Source: Anolis carolinensis
Taxonomy: Eukaryota
Assembly (NCBI RefSeq): GCF_035594765.1
Contig: NW_026943819.1
Span: forward strand, 1,426,001-1,490,000
DNA: 64,000 nt
Reading direction: 5' to 3'
Below the pieces are notes generated by a model that did no database searches, was not told the DNA's origin, and worked only from the letters and a program-made list of their open reading frames with translations. Positions 59,660 to 64,000 of the stretch are shown here, one piece after another. The position numbers and the translations under genes were made by a program. Every line of letters starts with the position of its first letter. The first letter of the stretch is position 1.

Positions 59660-60358
59660 GGACTTCCGAATCCAGACTGACAAAGTTCTGGAACACAACA
59701 CACCAGACATCACAGTTGTGGAAAAGAAAAAGGTTTGGATCACTGATGTCGCCATCCCAGTTGACAGTCGCATTGACGAAAAACAACAGGAAAAACTCAG
59801 CCGCTATCAGGACCTCAAGATTGAACTTCAAAGACTCTGGCAGAAACCAGTACAGGTGGTACCGGTGGTGATCGGCGCATTGGGTGCCGTGCCGAAAGAT
59901 CTCAGCCGACATTTGGAAACAATAGATATTGACAAAATTACGATCTGCCAACTGCAACTTGTGATTTTGTGATATGAAATCCAGCATATCTGTCTTGTTT
60001 GCTGTGTCATAATAACATAATAATAATAATAAAATCTGCGATCTGCCTACTGCAAAAGGCCACCCTGCTGGGATCTGTGCGCATCATCCGAAAATACATC
60101 ACACAGTCCTAGACACTTGGGAAGTGTTCGACTTGTGATTTTGTTATATGAAATCCTGCATATCTATCTTGTTTGCTGTGTCATAATAAAATAATAATAA
60201 TAATAAAATCTGCGATCTGCCAACTGCAAAAGGCCACCCTACTGGGATCTCTGCGCATCATCCAAAAATACATCACACAGTCCTAGACACTTGGGAAGTG
60301 TTCGACTTGTGATTTTGTGATATGAAATCCACCATATCTATCTTGTTTGCTGTGTCAA
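59658..60358 (+). mobile_element. R4/Dong-clade non-LTR retrotransposon 3' fragments (restriction-like endonuclease) embedded in (TAA)n
   Basis: WDFRIQTDKVLEHNTPDITVVEKKKVWITDVAIP...EKLSRYQDL...VVPVVIGALG is a PD-(D/E) RLE domain; three tandem 3' ends, each bounded by TAA repeats. Confidence 0.85.
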
Positions 60359-60361
60359 ACA

Positions 60362-60415
<54 letters not shown>

Positions 60416-61564
60416 CTTTATTTTTATACCCCACCTCCATCTCCCTGAAGGGACTTGGGGCGCTTACATGGGGTCAAGCCCAGATAAAAACAATAGCAAT
60501 ATAAAACACATCAAATGTAGAAAAGACATAAACAAATTATAAAATTATAAAAACAGACTGGATAAAGTGCTCCATGTGAATTTGTAAACATGAGGTAGCT
60601 GATAAAGTGCTGCAAGTTCATGAGAGAGCAAACTTGGGGTGGGAATGGGCCCTGTATCTATATTAAATTAACAAGGCAAGAAAAGTGCAGCCGGCAAGGA
60701 AATGGTCACAGATACAAGATTTGTCATAGAGATGGGCAAACCTTAACGAAAGGCCTGTGTGTTTATCCCAGGTTATCTGGGGGACTCATATATTCCAGTT
60801 TAAAGCAGATAACCTGGGATCAGATCCTGGAATAAAGGGCAGTGTGGAAGCACCCCCAGAAAACCCCGTGATAGGATTGCCCGAGGGCCCTTCAACACAG
60901 CCATATTACCCAGAATATCAAGGCAGATCATTCACAATATCTGCTTTGAACTGGCTTATCTAAGTCCACACTGCCATATATTCCAGTTTGAAGCAGATGC
61001 TGTGGGATTTTATTCAGCTGTGTGGAGAGCCCAAGTTTGCCCATGCCTACTGTAGATGGTATGTGTGGACAGAGCTCTCCGGTGTCCCCAGAATGGCTTC
61101 AGCACCTTGGAGAGAACCTTCCAAGAGTAAAGTCCAGCTGCATTCACTGCATCCTTGGCCAAAGGATGCCTGGATGGGATCATGGGAGTTGTAGTTTGCA
61201 GGGTCTTCAGCTGTTGCCAAACTACAGCTCCCAGGATTTCATAGGGGTTTGGCTGGATGGTCCTTGGGGTCTCTTCTAACTCTTATTCTAGGAAAGTGAT
61301 AGCTGTGTCCACCATCTTTTGCCTCATTCTCAGTATCCACATCTTGTCCCAGATTTTCTCTCTAGGCTGTTTGTGAAAAGGGCACAGTTGAGGAAAAATT
61401 GTCAACAGGTGAATACATTTTATTTATTTTATTTATTTATTTGCTACATTTATATGCCGCCCTTTTCACCCCGAAGGGGACTCAGAGCGGCTTACAAATT
61501 AAATTTACATACAATATTATATTAGCATAGTACAATACTGGTAATAAATTACTATATTGTACTG

Positions 61565-61804
61565 CAGGGGTCCCCAAACTTTTTAAACAGGAGGCCGGTT
61601 CACGATCCTTCGGACCGTTGGAGGGCCGGACTATAGTTGGCCACCGAGCAATAATAATTAATAACAACAAAACAACAACAACAATAATAAAGAGGGTTGG
61701 AAGAGACCATTTGGGCCATTGAATCCAATCCCCTTCTGCCTTTGTAAGCCAAAAGCACAAGCAAAGCACCCCTGACAGATGGCCACCCAGCCTCAATGTT
61801 AATA

Positions 61805-61853
<49 letters not shown>

Positions 61854-61966
61854 TAATAATAGGGATGGAAGAGACCCCTTGGGCCATTTAATCCAACTCC
61901 TTCTACCTTTGTGCACCAAAAGCACAAGCAAAGCATCCCTGACAGATGGCCACCCAGCCTCAATGT

Positions 61967-62015
<49 letters not shown>

Positions 62016-62145
62016 GGGTTGTAAAAGAAGAAGAGACCCCTTGGGTTATTTAGCCCAACCCCCTTCTGCCCTTGTGCCGTGGGGGCCGGATAAATAGCTT
62101 CGATGGGCCGCATCCGGCCCCCGGGCCTTAGTTTGGGGACCCCTG
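61565..62145 (+). mobile_element. Non-autonomous hAT element (same family as 4342-5044)
   Basis: TIR CAGGGGTCCCCAAACT / AGTTTGGGGACCCCTG; perfect 8-bp TSD TTGTACTG. Confidence 0.9.
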
Positions 62146-62583
62146 TTGTACTGTATCAATATATTGTAATATTATTAGTATAATAATAGTATAAATAGTA
62201 TAAATACATTCTCCTTTGGCCAACGTGGCCAAGCTTTGATCAATGTGGTCATCCTTTGGTCAATCTGGCTGTCCTTTGGCCCGTATGACCTCTAGAGCCA
62301 CTGTCTGTTCTCCTCCTTTGTCCCAGGCTGCTTTGCGTCCAATGTGTGGGAGAAATGTAATAAATAAATAATAATAATCTCAGGAAAGGGAACCGTCAAA
62401 ACTGCGTTTCTCAGAAAAGAGGCTGCACCTGTTGCCTCTCTGATGTCGTCCCGTTACCTAAGTCTACGCAATGGGGAGAGGCCTCTGCCCACAGACTTCC
62501 TTTGCGGAGAGGAGTGTTCTTGCTACGCTCAGAGCGATACTCATTTGGTTTCTGCAAGCCGAGTGGCACCGAGGGACCCAAGG

Positions 62584-63054
62584 ATGGGAAGGGGCCGGCT
62601 CCGCTTGCCTGTTGCTGCCCTTGGGTTGCTCTTTGCAGGTAGGGCTCCAAGGAAGAGCGACATTGAGATCCCAAGTTGCTTTTAGGGGCTTGCTTCTTGG
62701 CGCCTCTCCCGTCTTTGTCTTCTGCTCCTCGCCTTGAAATAGCCCCACTGATGTGCTCGGACTGTGTTTGGTAAGATGTCTTGTCTTCTTTTCAGGGGCG
62801 GTTGTCGTTTTCGCCCAAAAGTCTGCTTCTGAAACAGGTACGGCTCGTCCTGCCTTCTATGGGGAGGGAAGGCTGGGTTCTTTGTACACCCACAGAGGCC
62901 ATTGTGTGGGAGATGCCAGAGTCCAGAATCGAAAGTCTCTTTCCCGCATCCCCAAAATGCACAGACTGGGCCTGCTTGAGGAGGCAGGTTCCTGATGAGA
63001 CTGGTTCTGTGTAAATGGAGGCACCTGATGTGGCTTGGCCTACAGGGCTGCTCC

Positions 63055-63094
<40 letters not shown>

Positions 63095-63635
63095 CTTTAT
63101 TTTTATACCCCGCCCCATCTCCCCAGAGGGACTTGGAGCGGCTTACATGGGGCCATGCCCGACAACAATACAACAGCAGCAATAAAACAATAAAACAAAT
63201 ATCGAGAATAAAACAAATGTCGCATCAGTAAAACATCAACATCAGTAAACAGTCATAAAAGTTGGCAAACAGCATAAAATGATTAAAAACGGGAAAGCTA
63301 AAAACATGGATCTGGGCCAGAGTGCAGAAAGCTTCGACATGGGAGAGGTAGTTTCACAGTTAAACTTCCCTCTGCCCTCCTCATTCCCAGCCCTCCTCTC
63401 TCACCCCCCTTTTCAGGGCTCTCCATCAAGGTGAAGCAGAATGGAAGGAACGTCACCCTGCAGTGCAGCGGAGGGAGCGGAGGGAGCGAGCCGTTCACGT
63501 GGGAGAAGGACGGGCACGTCTTGGATGACCACAAGGGAGAGTTGCTGCCCTTGGGCTCCGAAATGGATGACCCCAGAGGCTCCTTCTCCTGCTCTTCTGG
63601 GGACCAAACCGCCTCCCTGCAGGTCTTCTTCCGGA
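62584..63635 (+). CDS. CD3D: T-cell surface glycoprotein CD3 gamma/delta chain, first three coding exons (continues beyond window)
   Basis: Exons 62584-62638 (leader), 62796-62837 (mini-exon) and 63417-63635 (Ig domain VTLQC...W...DDPRGSFSC...LQVFFR), all phase 1. DPRG is the CD3g/d hallmark. Divergent from UBE4A, like mammalian CD3D. Confidence 0.88.
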
Positions 63636-63985
63636 GTGAGTATGCCTACCTTCTTCCCCCTTTGTTGTCTCCCCAAAAAGCCATGAGAGTGGCACCCCGG
63701 AATATGAGACCCCAGGCCTGTGTTGCCAAGAGGTGAGGCTCTTCCTCACCTTTCAGAAGAGCCTGAAAACTTGGCTCTTCTGAAAGGCCTTTGGTAACGG
63801 ATTGACCTGTTGCCTATCTCATTTATTATACCTTGTTCCTTTAGCAGGCCATAGTGTATGCCTTTGCCAGCACTTTAACGGGACAATAGTTCTGGGATCT
63901 ACCTCACCCTGATTGAATCTGACACTAATTGTACTTTTTTGGCCCAGTTCTTTTTTTAGAGCCGACCCAGGATTTTATCATAGTA

Positions 63986-64000
63986 CAGTAGAGTCTCACT
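63986..64000. mobile_element. Start of another CAGTAGAG MITE (truncated by window edge)
   Basis: TA-CAGTAGAGTCTCACT. Confidence 0.6.

Overview
Vertebrate nuclear DNA, almost certainly from a squamate (Anolis-like): it carries Sauria SINEs, CR1/L2 tails, R4/Dong, Penelope, Helitron, hAT and Tc1/mariner-type MITEs. The window holds the conserved syntenic block known from human 11q23. On the minus strand lie a probable TMEM25 first exon (2428-2476), TTC36 (3 exons), a complete and very compact 36-exon KMT2A/MLL1 (12847-40072, ~3934 aa), ATP5MG (3 exons) and UBE4A (19 coding exons, ~1079 aa). On the plus strand is the 5' part of the single non-mammalian CD3gamma/delta gene. I resolved exon boundaries by hand, and the four complete gene models keep frame from start to stop. 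I see no wholly new gene system; most long ORFs outside exons are repeat or GC-rich shadow ORFs. The most interesting signals are TE-host interactions: (1) a solo LTR inserted into the 3' splice site of the KMT2A SET-domain exon that appears to supply a replacement branch point; (2) a sense-oriented solo LTR with TATA/CCAAT directly upstream of TTC36; (3) a 42-bp minisatellite split by a hAT MITE and homogenised on one side only; (4) a promoter-proximal VNTR at KMT2A; (5) a Sauria SINE with an ABAB 144-bp internal amplification; (6) R4/Dong fragments in (TAA)n; (7) a degenerate Penelope hammerhead ribozyme; (8) a SPIN-like fragment. TE family names come from recalled sequence resemblance, not database searches.
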